A stretch of 64,000 bases of DNA from an uncultured Anaerolineaceae bacterium (GTDB taxonomy: Bacteria > Chloroflexota > Dehalococcoidia > Tepidiformales > Tepidiformaceae). Positions 37,039-49,101 of the stretch are shown piece by piece. The notes beneath the pieces are model-generated. The model had not been told where the DNA came from and ran no database searches. It worked only from the letters and a program-made list of their open reading frames with translations. Position 1 is the first letter of the stretch, and each line of letters opens with the position of its first letter. A program made the position numbers and the translations under genes. Location of the stretch: contig CAYMDV010000004.1 in the NCBI GenBank assembly GCA_964389725.1, positions 100,145 to 164,144 of the forward strand, in the 5' to 3' direction.

Positions 37039-37664
37039 GCTGCCTCACGCACCCAGCGGGCGAAGTTCGCGTAGAGCGTCAGCCCCGCCGCGCCGCTCTT
37101 CTCCGGGTGGAACTGCGTCGCGACCATGTTGTCGCGCGCGAGCACGCTCGGGAAGGTGAACCCGTACGTCGTCTCGCCCAGCGCCAGCTCGGGTTCCGAA
37201 GGCGCGGGGTAGAAGCTGTGTACGAAGTAGAAGTAGGTGCCGCTGGGGATGCCCTCGGTCATGCGGTGCTCTCGCAGCCAGTCGACCTGGTTCCAGCCCA
37301 TGTGCGGCACCTTCAGGTGGTCGAACCCGAAGTGGCGCACGTTCCCCGGGAGCAGCCCCAGGCACTCCTGCCCGCCCCCCTCATCCGAGTGGTCGAGCAG
37401 CGCCTGCAGTCCCATGCAGACCCCCAGGAACGGCCGCCCCGAGGCGACGTACTCCCGCAGGGGTTCCGTCAGCTCGCGTGCTTCCAGCTTCGCCATCGTG
37501 TCCGAGGCCGCCCCCACCCCCGGCAACACCACCCCGTCCGCCCGTGCGATGTCCGCCCAGTCAGCCGATACGGTCGCGTCTACCCCGACGTGCGCGAGCG
37601 CCCGTTCGACGCTGCGCAGGTTGCCCGCGTCGTAGTCCACCACCACCAGAGCGGGATCGGCCAT
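37035..37664 (-). CDS. hisH: imidazole glycerol phosphate synthase glutamine amidotransferase subunit
   Basis: In-frame ATG at 37664 within track ORF 37035..37763: [23 protein letters not shown]...LPGVGA...[11 protein letters not shown] (catalytic Cys)...[10 protein letters not shown]. Confidence 0.94.
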   Translation of the reverse strand: MADPALVVVDYDAGNLRSVERALAHVGVDATVSADWADIARADGVVLPGVGAASDTMAKLEARELTEPLREYVASGRPFLGVCMGLQALLDHSDEGGGQECLGLLPGNVRHFGFDHLKVPHMGWNQVDWLREHRMTEGIPSGTYFYFVHSFYPAPSEPELALGETTYGFTFPSVLARDNMVATQFHPEKSGAAGLTLYANFARWVREAA

Positions 37665-37741
37665 GAGGCCAGTGTGCGGCCTCGCTTCGCTATCGTCACG
37701 ACCAGCGGTGCCCGGTCGAGTGACCCCGCTCCGCGCGCTAA

Positions 37742-40060
<2,319 letters not shown>

Positions 40061-40103
40061 CGGGGTGCCCGCAAACCCCGCGAGCGTTCACAATGGCTCC
40101 CGC

Positions 40104-40910
40104 ATGAGCGACCCCGCCCCCCGCGACACCTACACCCACGGCCATCACGCCTCCGTCGTGGCGCAGCACAGCCGCCGCACCGCCGAGGAGGCCGCCGCCT
40201 TCCTCATCCCCCGCCTGCGCCCGGACATGCGCCTGCTCGATGTCGGCTGCGGCCCCGGCTCGATCACCGCCGGCCTCGCGAAGTACGTGGGCGAGGTCGT
40301 GGGGATCGACGTCGAGGCTTCCGTCCTCGAGACCGCCCGCGAGCTCACGGCCGGCGTTCCGAACCTCAGCTTCGAGGAAGCGAGCGTCTACACCCTCCCC
40401 TACGAGGACGGCTCCTTCGACGCCGCCTATGCCCACCAGCTCATGCAGCACCTCGCCGATCCCGCCGCCGCCCTGCGCGAGATGGCCCGCGTCGTGCGCC
40501 CCGGCGGCTACGTCGCCGCCCGCGATTCCGACTACCAGACGATGATCAGCCACCCCCGCACGGAGGGCATCGAGGAGTGGCGCGCCCTCTACACCGAGGT
40601 CGTGCGCCGCAACGGCGCCGATGCCAACGCCGGCCGCCGCATCCCCGCCTGGATGGCCGCCGCCGGGCTCGACCAGGTCGATGTCTCCACCACCGTCGCG
40701 ATGATGCGCGACCCCGCCGAGGTGCTGAACTGGGGCGACTCCTGGGCGGAGCGCGTCACCACTTCCGCCCTCGCCGAGCAGGCCCTCGCCTACAACCTCG
40801 CCACCCGCGAGGACCTCGAGCGCATCGCTGCCGGCTGGCGCGCCTGGGCGCGACACGAGGAAGCCCTCTTCCTCTTCGTCCACGTCGAGGGGCTCGCGAC
40901 CGTTTCCTGA
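40104..40910 (+). CDS. class I SAM-dependent methyltransferase
   Basis: In-frame ATG at 40104 within track ORF 39927..40910: MSDPAPRDTYTHGHH...LLDVGCGPGSIT (motif I)...FDAAYAHQLMQHL...VVRPGGYV. Confidence 0.88.
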   Translation: MSDPAPRDTYTHGHHASVVAQHSRRTAEEAAAFLIPRLRPDMRLLDVGCGPGSITAGLAKYVGEVVGIDVEASVLETARELTAGVPNLSFEEASVYTLPYEDGSFDAAYAHQLMQHLADPAAALREMARVVRPGGYVAARDSDYQTMISHPRTEGIEEWRALYTEVVRRNGADANAGRRIPAWMAAAGLDQVDVSTTVAMMRDPAEVLNWGDSWAERVTTSALAEQALAYNLATREDLERIAAGWRAWARHEEALFLFVHVEGLATVS

Positions 40911-41006
40911 GGGTGGCGCTTACCGGGCCCTCAGCTCCGCTGCCCCTATACTGAGCGCAAGCGCCCACCCTGTGAGTGCGGTTCATCCCTGCCCAGGACT
41001 GGTTCT

Positions 41007-42068
41007 GTGGCCCGACTCGGACCCCTCTCGCGCTTCTTCGGCTTCCTGTCCCACGACATCGCCATCGACCTGGGGACGGCGAATACGCTCGTCATGGTCC
41101 GGGGGCGCGGGATCGTCATCATCGAGCCCTCCATCGTTGCCATCGACCGTACCTCCAAGCGCATCCTCGCCATCGGCGAGGATGCCCAGCGCATGGTCGG
41201 CCGCACCCCTGCCAACATCGTCGCCGTCCGCCCTCTCCGGGACGGCGTGATCTCCGACTTCGAGGTCACGGAACGGATGCTCAGCTACTTCATCCGCGCC
41301 GTGCAGGACCGCACGTTCCTTGCCCAGCCCCGAGTCGTCGTGGGCATCCCCAGTGGCGTCACCGAGGTCGAGAAACGCGCCGTCCACGACGCCGCCCTCA
41401 GCGCCGGCGCCCGCTCCTGCTTCCTCATCGAGGAGCCTCTCGCTGCCGCCATCGGCTCGGGCCTGCCCGTCATGGAGGCGTCGGGCTGCATGGTCGTCGA
41501 CATCGGCGGCGGCACCACCGAGGTCGCCGTCATCTCCCTCGGCGGCATGGTCGTCAGCCGCTCCATCCGCATCGCCGGCGACGAGATGGACCGCAGCATC
41601 GTCACCTACGCCCGCCAGGTGCATAACCTGCTCATCGGAGAACGCACCGCCGAGGAGGTGAAGAAGACGGCGGGCTCCGCCTCGCCCCTTGATGTCGAGG
41701 AATCGGTCACCTTGCGCGGGCGCGACCAGGCCACCGGACTGCCCAAAGCCGTCGAGGTGAGCACCATCGAGTTGCGTGATGCCCTCGCCGGCTCCGTCAG
41801 CCAGATCGTCGAGGCCGTCCGCTCTTCCATCGAGGTCACGCCGCCCGAGCTGGTCAGCGACCTGATGGCCCACGGCATCGCGCTTGCCGGGGGCGGCGCG
41901 CTCCTGCGCGGGCTCGACCGCCGCATCAGCCAGGAGACCCGCTTCCCCGTCTACGTCTCCGAGGAAGCCCTCCTCTGCGTCGTCCGCGGCGCCGGCGCCA
42001 TCTTCGATGAGATCGATGCGAGCAGCACCGTGGAGCAGCAGTTCGACCCCGGAAGGGCGCGGCGATAG
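41007..42068 (+). CDS. mreB: rod shape-determining protein MreB
   Basis: GTG start; DIAIDLGTANTLV...VVGIPSGVTEVEKRAV...VVDIGGGTTEVAVISLGG...LAGGGALLRGLD. Confidence 0.96.
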   Translation: MARLGPLSRFFGFLSHDIAIDLGTANTLVMVRGRGIVIIEPSIVAIDRTSKRILAIGEDAQRMVGRTPANIVAVRPLRDGVISDFEVTERMLSYFIRAVQDRTFLAQPRVVVGIPSGVTEVEKRAVHDAALSAGARSCFLIEEPLAAAIGSGLPVMEASGCMVVDIGGGTTEVAVISLGGMVVSRSIRIAGDEMDRSIVTYARQVHNLLIGERTAEEVKKTAGSASPLDVEESVTLRGRDQATGLPKAVEVSTIELRDALAGSVSQIVEAVRSSIEVTPPELVSDLMAHGIALAGGGALLRGLDRRISQETRFPVYVSEEALLCVVRGAGAIFDEIDASSTVEQQFDPGRARR

Positions 42069-42086
42069 CCTCGGAGGGGTCGCCGC

Positions 42087-42911
42087 ATGCTGATCTTCAG
42101 CCGCTACACGTACTGGGTCGGAGCGATGGTCGCGTTGGCCGTCTTGCTTGCGGTCGTGGGGCGCGCGGGCCTTCTCGACCCCGTCCAGGATGTCTTCCTC
42201 CGCGTCACCGCCCCCATGGAGGAAGGCGTCTCCTCCGCCTTCCGGCCCATCGCCGGCTTCTTCGGCGATATCGGCGACCTCGACCGTTTGCAGGAGGAAA
42301 ACCGCCGCCTCCGCAGTGAGAACGAGACCCTCCGCAGCGAGAACGCCGCCCTCAGGGTCGAGAGCCGCCAGCTCGAGGAGCTGCGGCAGGCGAGCGCCGT
42401 CGTCGCCGCCGACACCGAGGCGGAGCTGCTCGCCGCCGGCGTGCTCAGCCGCATCCAGGGACCACTTACCCGCGAGCTCCGCATCAACCGGGGTACCAGC
42501 CACGGGGTTCGTGTGGGGAACCCCGTGATCTCCGTCGAGGGCAGGCTCATCGGGACGGTCACGGAAGCCCTCCCCGGCAGCTCCTTCGTCCGCCTCCTCA
42601 CCGATAGCCGCAGCAGCATCGCCGCCCAGGTCGAGGACAGCCCTGCGGATGGCATCGCCAGGGGCGATGGCGGTGGCCTCCGCTTCGAGCTCGTCGAGGG
42701 GGACGTGAACCTCGCCGACCGCATCGTCACCTCCGGCCTGGGCGGCGCCTATCCCCCCGACCTCCGCATCGGCGAGGTCTCCGCCATCCTCGGCGATGCG
42801 CAGGACCCCTTCCCCACGGTCGAGCTCCAGACCACCGTGCGCATCTCCACCACGCGCACGGTCCTAGTGATGATCAGCTTCACGCCCGCCCGTTACGAGG
42901 TGGACGAATGA
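42087..42911 (+). CDS. mreC: rod shape-determining protein MreC
   Basis: N-terminal TM helix, coiled coil (LQEENRRLRSENETLRSENAALR) and beta-rich domain (TSGLGGAYPPDLRIGEV). Sits between mreB and mreD. Confidence 0.92.
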   Translation: MLIFSRYTYWVGAMVALAVLLAVVGRAGLLDPVQDVFLRVTAPMEEGVSSAFRPIAGFFGDIGDLDRLQEENRRLRSENETLRSENAALRVESRQLEELRQASAVVAADTEAELLAAGVLSRIQGPLTRELRINRGTSHGVRVGNPVISVEGRLIGTVTEALPGSSFVRLLTDSRSSIAAQVEDSPADGIARGDGGGLRFELVEGDVNLADRIVTSGLGGAYPPDLRIGEVSAILGDAQDPFPTVELQTTVRISTTRTVLVMISFTPARYEVDE

Positions 42912-43432
42912 CCCGCGCCGCCCTCCTCGTCCTGCTCGTCCTCGCCACGGCCGTCGCCCAGGTCGCCGTCGCGCCCTTCTTCCCGGTCCTGGGCGCGGTC
43001 GTCGAGCTTCCCATCGTCGTCCTGCTGCTGCTCGCCGTCTTCGCCGGGCCCTACGCCGTCATGACCGGCCTCCCCGTACTCGTCCTCTTCCTCGGCTTCA
43101 CCACCAACTTCGAGTTCGAGTGGTTCGTGTTCGCCTACCTGCCCCTCCTCCCCGCCACCGCCTGGATCCAGCGCCAGCTTGCCCTCCCCCAGACCCCCTA
43201 CGTCCTCCTCCTCCTGATCGTCGTTGGCGCTGCCGTCTGGGCCCGCGCCATCTTCGCCGTCGCCGCGGTCACTTCCGGCGCCAGTCCTGCCTTCAGCGCC
43301 GTGGTTCTCGATATCCTGCTGCCGGGCGCCGCCTTCGATGCGGTCGTGCTCTCCATCGCGTACGCGCTCTGCCGCTGGATCGGCTGGCCCGTGCGCTCAC
43401 TCGAGCTGCAGGAGGCGGACTACCAGGCATGA
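42908..43432 (+). CDS. mreD: rod shape-determining protein MreD
   Basis: 174-aa polytopic hydrophobic ORF. Overlaps the mreC stop and the mrdA start (ATGA). Assigned by position and membrane profile. Confidence 0.8.
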   Translation: MTRAALLVLLVLATAVAQVAVAPFFPVLGAVVELPIVVLLLLAVFAGPYAVMTGLPVLVLFLGFTTNFEFEWFVFAYLPLLPATAWIQRQLALPQTPYVLLLLIVVGAAVWARAIFAVAAVTSGASPAFSAVVLDILLPGAAFDAVVLSIAYALCRWIGWPVRSLELQEADYQA

Positions 43433-45336
43433 GCCTCATCGGCGACCGCCGCGTCAACCCCGGCTTCAGCCGCAACCGTCCCCACGGCAACGTCGCCGTG
43501 CTGCGCATCGCCGTGGTCGTCCTCTTCCTCGTGCTGGGCGCGCGCCTCGTTCAGATGCAGCTCGTCGACGGCGCCGACTACGCCGAGCGCTCCGAGCTGA
43601 ACCGCATCATCGTCGAAAGCGTCAGTCCCACCCGCGGCGTCATCTTCGATCGCAAGGGGCAGCCCCTCGTCCAGAACAGCGGCTCCTTCGCCGCTGTTAT
43701 CACCCCCGGCTTCCTCCCCGAGGATCCCGCCGATCGCTACCGCCTCTACCTCTACCTTGAGGACCTGCTCGGCGTCCCCGCCCTCCAGATCGAGGAGGCC
43801 GTGAACGCCGCCGAGGCGCGCGGTCAGCGCGACCTGCCCCTCGCCGTCGCCCGCGCCCTCGAACGTGATGTCGCCCTCATGCTCGAGCAGGTCGCCGCCG
43901 ACCTTCCCGGCGTCGATCTCGCCATCGAGCCCCGGCGCGTCTACCCCGCCGGTCCCGAATTCAGCCACATCCTCGGCTACGTGGGCGCGCAGTCCCCCGA
44001 TGAGTGGCGGCTGAACCAGGAGGACGGCTACGCCTTCAACGAGGTGGTCGGCAAGGTCGGAGTCGAGGCTCGCTACGAGTCCGAGTTGCGCGGAACGCCG
44101 GGCCGCGCCGTCACCGAAATTGACGCCCAGGGCGACCTCGTCACCACCATCGAGAGCTCCGATCCCGAGGGCGGCCGGAGCATCCTCCTCTCCATCGATT
44201 CCGACCTCCAGCGCTACGTGTACGAGCTGCTCTCCAACACCATGGGTGAGGCCACCACCGCCGCCGCCGTCGTCGTGAGCCCCGTGACCGGCGAGGTCTA
44301 CGCCATCGTCTCCGTGCCCACCTACGACAACAACATCTTCTCGCTGCCCGACCCCGGCGACGAGTACCAGCGCCTCCTCGACGACCCCCGCATCCCCCTC
44401 CTCCACCAGGCCCTCAGCCCCGTCGCCCCCGGCTCCACCTTCAAGATCATCACCGCCGCCGCTGCCCTCCAGGAGGGCAACATCACCCCCTCTACCCGCC
44501 GCGACGTGAACAGCAGCGTCCTCGAGTTCATCGGTGAAGACGGCCAGCCCTACTACTTCTACGACTGGCGCGTCCACGGCGATATCGACCTCGTCGGGGC
44601 CATCTCCTGGTCGTCCAACATCTACTTCTACATGGCCTCCTGCGGCATCCCCCAGGAGGGGGTCGCCGGGCTCGGGGCGAACACCGAGCAGTCCGCCGTC
44701 GTCCTCGGCTACTACGCCCGCAGCTTCGGTCTGGGCCAGGTCACCGGCCTCGACATCGCCAGCACCGAGTCCCCCGGCGTCATTCCCAGCCCCGAATGGA
44801 AGCGCCGCGTCCGCAGCGGCTCCCTCTTCAACCCCGAGGACCGCGACTGGTACCTCGCCGACACCTGCTTCATGGGCATCGGCCAGGGCGATGTCACCGC
44901 CACCCCCCTCCAGATGGCGGTCGCCACCGCCGCTATCGCCAACGGCGGCCTGCTCCTCCAGCCCTACGTCGCCCGCCAGATCCTCTCTCCCGATGGCGCC
45001 ACCGTCTTCACCACGCAGCCCTCGGCCGAACGCGTGCCCGTCGACGAGCAGCACCTGGCCGTCATCCGCGAGGGCATGCGCCAGTCCGTCATCGATGGCG
45101 CCGCCCGGCTCGCCGCCCTCCCCGGCACCACCGTCGCGGGCAAGACCGGCACCGCCGAGTTCATCGATCCCGAGGACGGCGTGACCAAGGAGCGCGCCTG
45201 GTTTACCGGCTTCGCTCCCTACGACAACCCCCAGGTTGTCGTCACCGTCTTCTACGACCTCGGCGTGGGCGGGGCGAAGGCCGCGCCCGTCGCCGCCGAC
45301 ATACTGGGCTACTTCCTGGAGAACGTGGAGCCATGA
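43429..45336 (+). CDS. mrdA: penicillin-binding protein 2 (elongasome transpeptidase)
   Basis: In-frame ATG at 43429 within track ORF 43120..45336: MSLIGDRR...TM...RGVIFDRKGQPLV...PGSTFKIITAAAAL (SxxK)...SSN...AGKTGTA (KTG). Confidence 0.93.
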   Translation: MSLIGDRRVNPGFSRNRPHGNVAVLRIAVVVLFLVLGARLVQMQLVDGADYAERSELNRIIVESVSPTRGVIFDRKGQPLVQNSGSFAAVITPGFLPEDPADRYRLYLYLEDLLGVPALQIEEAVNAAEARGQRDLPLAVARALERDVALMLEQVAADLPGVDLAIEPRRVYPAGPEFSHILGYVGAQSPDEWRLNQEDGYAFNEVVGKVGVEARYESELRGTPGRAVTEIDAQGDLVTTIESSDPEGGRSILLSIDSDLQRYVYELLSNTMGEATTAAAVVVSPVTGEVYAIVSVPTYDNNIFSLPDPGDEYQRLLDDPRIPLLHQALSPVAPGSTFKIITAAAALQEGNITPSTRRDVNSSVLEFIGEDGQPYYFYDWRVHGDIDLVGAISWSSNIYFYMASCGIPQEGVAGLGANTEQSAVVLGYYARSFGLGQVTGLDIASTESPGVIPSPEWKRRVRSGSLFNPEDRDWYLADTCFMGIGQGDVTATPLQMAVATAAIANGGLLLQPYVARQILSPDGATVFTTQPSAERVPVDEQHLAVIREGMRQSVIDGAARLAALPGTTVAGKTGTAEFIDPEDGVTKERAWFTGFAPYDNPQVVVTVFYDLGVGGAKAAPVAADILGYFLENVEP

Positions 45337-46469
45337 ACCGCTTCGGCATCCAGGGTTCCCTCCGCGCCTGGGACCGCTTCGACGCGATCCTCGCTATCGC
45401 GGCGCTCGCGCTCGTCGGCTACGGGCTTGTCCTCATCTACAGCGGCAGCCTCGGCTCCTACGACGGCCCCACCGCCAGCATCAACAACCCCGTCGTCCGG
45501 CAGGGGCTCTTCGCCTTCATCGCCATCGGCCTCATGTTCATCGTCTCCCGCTTCGATTACCACGTGCTCCTGCACTACGCCTGGTGGCTCTACGGCGCGT
45601 CCATGCTGCTCCTGGTGGCGCTCATCCCCATCGGCCAGACCGAGTTCGGGTCGACGCGCTGGTTCGACCTCGGCCCGATCCAGTTCCAGCCCTCCGAGTT
45701 CGCCAAGATCGCGACCGTGCTCCTCCTCGCCCGCTTCCTCAGCGAGCAAGGCGGCGACGCCCGCGACCTGCGCGTCCTCGGCGGCTCGCTCGCCATCACC
45801 GCCCCAGTCCTCCTCCTCGTCTTCGTCCAGCCCGACCTGGGCACGAGCATCATCTTCGCCACCATCTGGCTCGGGATGGTCGTCGTCGCTGGCATCCAGC
45901 GCCGCCACCTGCTCGTCTTCGCGGCCGTCTTCCTCGCCCTCCTCCCCTTCCTCTGGACCTTCACCGTGGCCGACTACCAGATCGAACGCATCTCCGTGCT
46001 CCTCGATGCCGAGGAGGACCCCCTCGACGCCGGCTACAACCCCATCCAGTCGCAGATCGCCGTCGGCTCCGGCCAGCTCTTCGGGAAGGGGCTCACCAAC
46101 GGCGAGCAGACCCAGCTTGACTTCCTCAAGGTGAAGACCAAGGACTTCATCTTCAGCGTGCTCGGGGAGGAGCTCGGCTTCGTCGGCGCGATGGCCCTTT
46201 TCGCGCTCTTCATCCTGTTACTGATGCGAGGGATCCGCGCCGCCCAGATCGCGGGCGACATCCCCGGCCAGCTCGTGGCCGCGGGCATCGTCATCATGAT
46301 CCTGATGCAGGCCTTCATCAACATCGCGGTGAACCTCAGCATCTTCCCCGTCACCGGCCTGCCCCTCCCCTTCGTCAGCCAGGGGGGAAGCTCGCTCGTG
46401 ACCCTCTTCATCGGGATCGGCATCGTCCAGAGCATCGTCATGCGCCACCGCGCCTACCGGCAGTTCTAG
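45333..46469 (+). CDS. rodA: rod shape-determining protein RodA (SEDS glycosyltransferase)
   Basis: In-frame ATG at 45333 (ATGA overlap with mrdA) within track ORF 44796..46469. FtsW/RodA/SpoVE family: QPSEFAKI...DLGTS...DFIFSVLGEELGFVG...PFVSQGGSS. Confidence 0.92.
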   Translation: MNRFGIQGSLRAWDRFDAILAIAALALVGYGLVLIYSGSLGSYDGPTASINNPVVRQGLFAFIAIGLMFIVSRFDYHVLLHYAWWLYGASMLLLVALIPIGQTEFGSTRWFDLGPIQFQPSEFAKIATVLLLARFLSEQGGDARDLRVLGGSLAITAPVLLLVFVQPDLGTSIIFATIWLGMVVVAGIQRRHLLVFAAVFLALLPFLWTFTVADYQIERISVLLDAEEDPLDAGYNPIQSQIAVGSGQLFGKGLTNGEQTQLDFLKVKTKDFIFSVLGEELGFVGAMALFALFILLLMRGIRAAQIAGDIPGQLVAAGIVIMILMQAFINIAVNLSIFPVTGLPLPFVSQGGSSLVTLFIGIGIVQSIVMRHRAYRQF

Positions 46470-46535
46470 CGGGTCGCTGCCCGAACCCCGCCCCGCCGCG
46501 TACCCTGCCCCCGACCGCCCCCCAAGGAGGACCGC

Positions 46536-47471
46536 GTGGCCAGCCAGGAGCATCCCCCCACCCAGTCCGAGGTCCTCGGCTATTTCGACTCCCTCTCCAA
46601 CTGGGGCCGCTGGGGGGCCGAGGACCAGCTCGGCGCCCTGAACTACATAACGCCCGAGAAGCGCCGCGACGCCGGAGCCCTCATCCGCGAGGGTATCGCC
46701 GTCTCCTGCGCCTGGGATATTGGGACCACCCCCCGCCCGGACCACATGTTCGGCGTGCCCCAGCGCTACATGGTCGCCAGCGGCAAGGACCCCCTCGAGT
46801 TCGGCCGTGGCGGTTCCGCCCTCGAAGCCATGAGCCTCGTCTTCCACGGCGCCACCATCACCCACCTCGATGGCCTCAGCCACATCTTCTGGGATGGCCG
46901 TATGTACAACGGCAAGCCCGCCGAGCTCGTCACCGCCGCGAAAGGCGCCGAGCACCACGCCGTCACCGCCCTCGGCGATGGCATCGTCACCCGCGGCGTC
47001 CTCATGGACATCCCCGCCCTCGACGACCGCCCCTGGCTCGACCCAGGCGAGGGCGTCTTCCCCGAGCACCTCGAGGCCGCCGAGGAGCGCCAGGGCGTGC
47101 GCGTCTCCACCGGCGATATCGTCCTGCTGCGCACCGGCAAGGGCCGCCGCCAGCGCGAGGAGTCCGACGCGCCGCGTTCCTCCGGCGGCTGGCACGTTGC
47201 CGCCCTGCCCTGGCTGCACGAGCGCGAGGTCGCCGTCATCGGCGCCGATACCGCCCAGGAGGCGGGCTCGCCCGGCTACGAGGCCATCCCCGTCCCCGTC
47301 CACATGATCGCCATCGTCGCCATGGGCCTGCACCTCATCGATAACTGCGACCTCGAAGCCCTCGCCGAGACCTGCGCCCGCCTCAACCGCTGGGAGTTCT
47401 TCCTTAGCATCCAGCCCCTCCGCCTCGAAGGCGGCACCGGCAGCGCTGTCAACCCCGTCGCCGTGTTCTGA
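46536..47471 (+). CDS. cyclase family protein (kynurenine formamidase-like, PF04199-type)
   Basis: GTG start after AAGGAGGA; NWGRWGAEDQLGALNYIT...HGATITHLDGLSHIF...GVLMDIP. Confidence 0.85.
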   Translation: MASQEHPPTQSEVLGYFDSLSNWGRWGAEDQLGALNYITPEKRRDAGALIREGIAVSCAWDIGTTPRPDHMFGVPQRYMVASGKDPLEFGRGGSALEAMSLVFHGATITHLDGLSHIFWDGRMYNGKPAELVTAAKGAEHHAVTALGDGIVTRGVLMDIPALDDRPWLDPGEGVFPEHLEAAEERQGVRVSTGDIVLLRTGKGRRQREESDAPRSSGGWHVAALPWLHEREVAVIGADTAQEAGSPGYEAIPVPVHMIAIVAMGLHLIDNCDLEALAETCARLNRWEFFLSIQPLRLEGGTGSAVNPVAVF

Positions 47472-47505
47472 GCCATCCCCACCCCTGCACTGCCGATCCC
47501 GTAGG

Positions 47506-48297
47506 ATGCCCGCCGTGGGCGTACTCGACCAGTTCAGGCTCGATGGGCAGGTGGCCGTCGTCACCGGCGGAGGCCGCGGCATTGGCCGCGGCATCGCCCT
47601 CGCCTTCGCCGAGGCCGGCGCCGACGTGGTCGTCGCCGCCCGCCGCACCCACGAGGTCGAGGCCGTTGCCGAGGAAGTCCGCCAGCTCGGCCGCCGGGCC
47701 CTCGCCGTGGGCATGGACGTGCTCGACTGGCCCGCCAACGATCGCCTCGCCGAGGCCACCGTTGCCGAGCTCGGCAAGCTCACCATCTGGGTCAACAATG
47801 CCGGCGGTAACCTCGACCGCACCCAGCGCACCCTCGTCGACACCCCCGAGGACGTCTGGAACACCCTCGTCGACCTCAACCTGAAGAGCGCCTGGTGGGG
47901 CTCGAAGGCTGCCGTCGAGCAGATGACCGACGGCGGCAACATCATCAACATCGCGTCCGTCGCCGCCTGGGGCCCGTCCCCGACGGCGGGCCCGTACGCC
48001 GCGACCAAGTCCGCCATGATCAACATGACCAAGACGCTCGCCATGGAGCTGGCCCCGCAGCAGATCAGGGTCAACTGCATCGCGCCGGGCCTCGTCCCGA
48101 CCGAGATGTTCTTCGAGACCATGAAGGTCGACGAAGCGGCGGTCGAGGAGATGGGCGGGCAGCTGCCGGCCGGGCGCGCGGGCAAGCCCGAGGACCTCGG
48201 CGCCGCGGCCGTCTACTTCTGCTCCCCCGCCGCCGAGTGGATTACCGGCCAGACGCTGGCCGTCAGTGGCGGCCCCACGGGAACGAGGGAAATGTGA
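47506..48297 (+). CDS. SDR family oxidoreductase (FabG-like)
   Basis: VAVVTGGGRGIGRGIA (TGxxxGxG), NNAG, and Y-x3-K in GPYAATKSA. Confidence 0.9.
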   Translation: MPAVGVLDQFRLDGQVAVVTGGGRGIGRGIALAFAEAGADVVVAARRTHEVEAVAEEVRQLGRRALAVGMDVLDWPANDRLAEATVAELGKLTIWVNNAGGNLDRTQRTLVDTPEDVWNTLVDLNLKSAWWGSKAAVEQMTDGGNIINIASVAAWGPSPTAGPYAATKSAMINMTKTLAMELAPQQIRVNCIAPGLVPTEMFFETMKVDEAAVEEMGGQLPAGRAGKPEDLGAAAVYFCSPAAEWITGQTLAVSGGPTGTREM

Positions 48298-49061
48298 GCA
48301 TCCTCGATCGATTCCGGCTGGACGGGCAGGTGGCCGTGATCACCGGCTCCGGGCGTGGCATTGGCGAAGGCATCGCCGTCGGCCTCGCCGAAGCAGGGGC
48401 CGCCGTCGTCGTGGCTGCGCGCCGCACGAACGAGATCGAAGCGGTCGCGGAGAAGATTCGGGCAGCCGGCGGACAGGCCCTCGCCCTGACGACCGACTTC
48501 CTCGAAGTCGACCAGATCGAGGCCCTCGCCGACGCCGCCGTCGCCGAGTTCGGCAAGCTCACCATCTGGGTGAACAACGTCGGCGGCGCCCAGGACCGGA
48601 CCGCGCGCACCATCCTCGGCACCCCCGAGCAGGCCTGGGACAACCAGATCGACCTGAACCTCAAGTCGGTCTGGGCCGGCGCGAGGGCCGCCAACCGCGC
48701 CATGGGCGAGGAGGGCGGCGTCATCGTCAACATCTCCTCCGCCGCCGCGACCAAGCCTTCCCCCATGAACGGCCCCTACGCTGCCGCCAAGTTCGGCGTG
48801 AACAGCCTCACCATGACCCTCGCCGCCGAGCTGGCGCCGCGAGTGCGCGTGGTCGGCATCTCCCCGGGCCCCATCCCCACCGAGGTCATGATCGAGTACA
48901 CCGGCATGAGCGAGGAGCAGCTGCGCCAGGGCCTTGGCTCGATGCTGCCCCTCCAGCGCATCGGCGAGCCCGAGGACGTTGCCGCCGCCGTCGTCTACCT
49001 CGCCTCCCCTGCCGCCTCCTGGGTCACTGGCGCAACCCTCTCCGTCACCGGCGGCAGCTAG
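48294..49061 (+). CDS. SDR family oxidoreductase (tandem paralogue of preceding gene)
   Basis: In-frame GTG at 48294 overlaps the previous stop, within track ORF 47895..49061: VSILDRFRLDGQVAVITGSGRGIGEGIA...NNVG...GPYAAAKFG. The N-terminus is nearly identical in pattern to the 47506 gene (LDQFRLDGQVAVVTGGGRGIG). Confidence 0.9.
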   Translation: MSILDRFRLDGQVAVITGSGRGIGEGIAVGLAEAGAAVVVAARRTNEIEAVAEKIRAAGGQALALTTDFLEVDQIEALADAAVAEFGKLTIWVNNVGGAQDRTARTILGTPEQAWDNQIDLNLKSVWAGARAANRAMGEEGGVIVNISSAAATKPSPMNGPYAAAKFGVNSLTMTLAAELAPRVRVVGISPGPIPTEVMIEYTGMSEEQLRQGLGSMLPLQRIGEPEDVAAAVVYLASPAASWVTGATLSVTGGS

Positions 49062-49101
49062 GCCCGCGCCCCCGGCGGGTGGACAGGGAAGGGGTGGAAG
49101 C

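Noticed and set aside
35549-37048. 499-aa minus-strand ORF spanning hisF and hisA
   Set aside because: Only its 3' 257 codons (from GTG 36319) are HisF. The upstream part is an out-of-frame overlap of hisA with Gly/Arg-rich junk.
43420-45054. 544-aa minus-strand ORF
   Set aside because: Antisense shadow of mrdA.
46218-48185. 655-aa minus-strand ORF
   Set aside because: Antisense to rodA, the cyclase gene and the first SDR gene. It is a shadow ORF.
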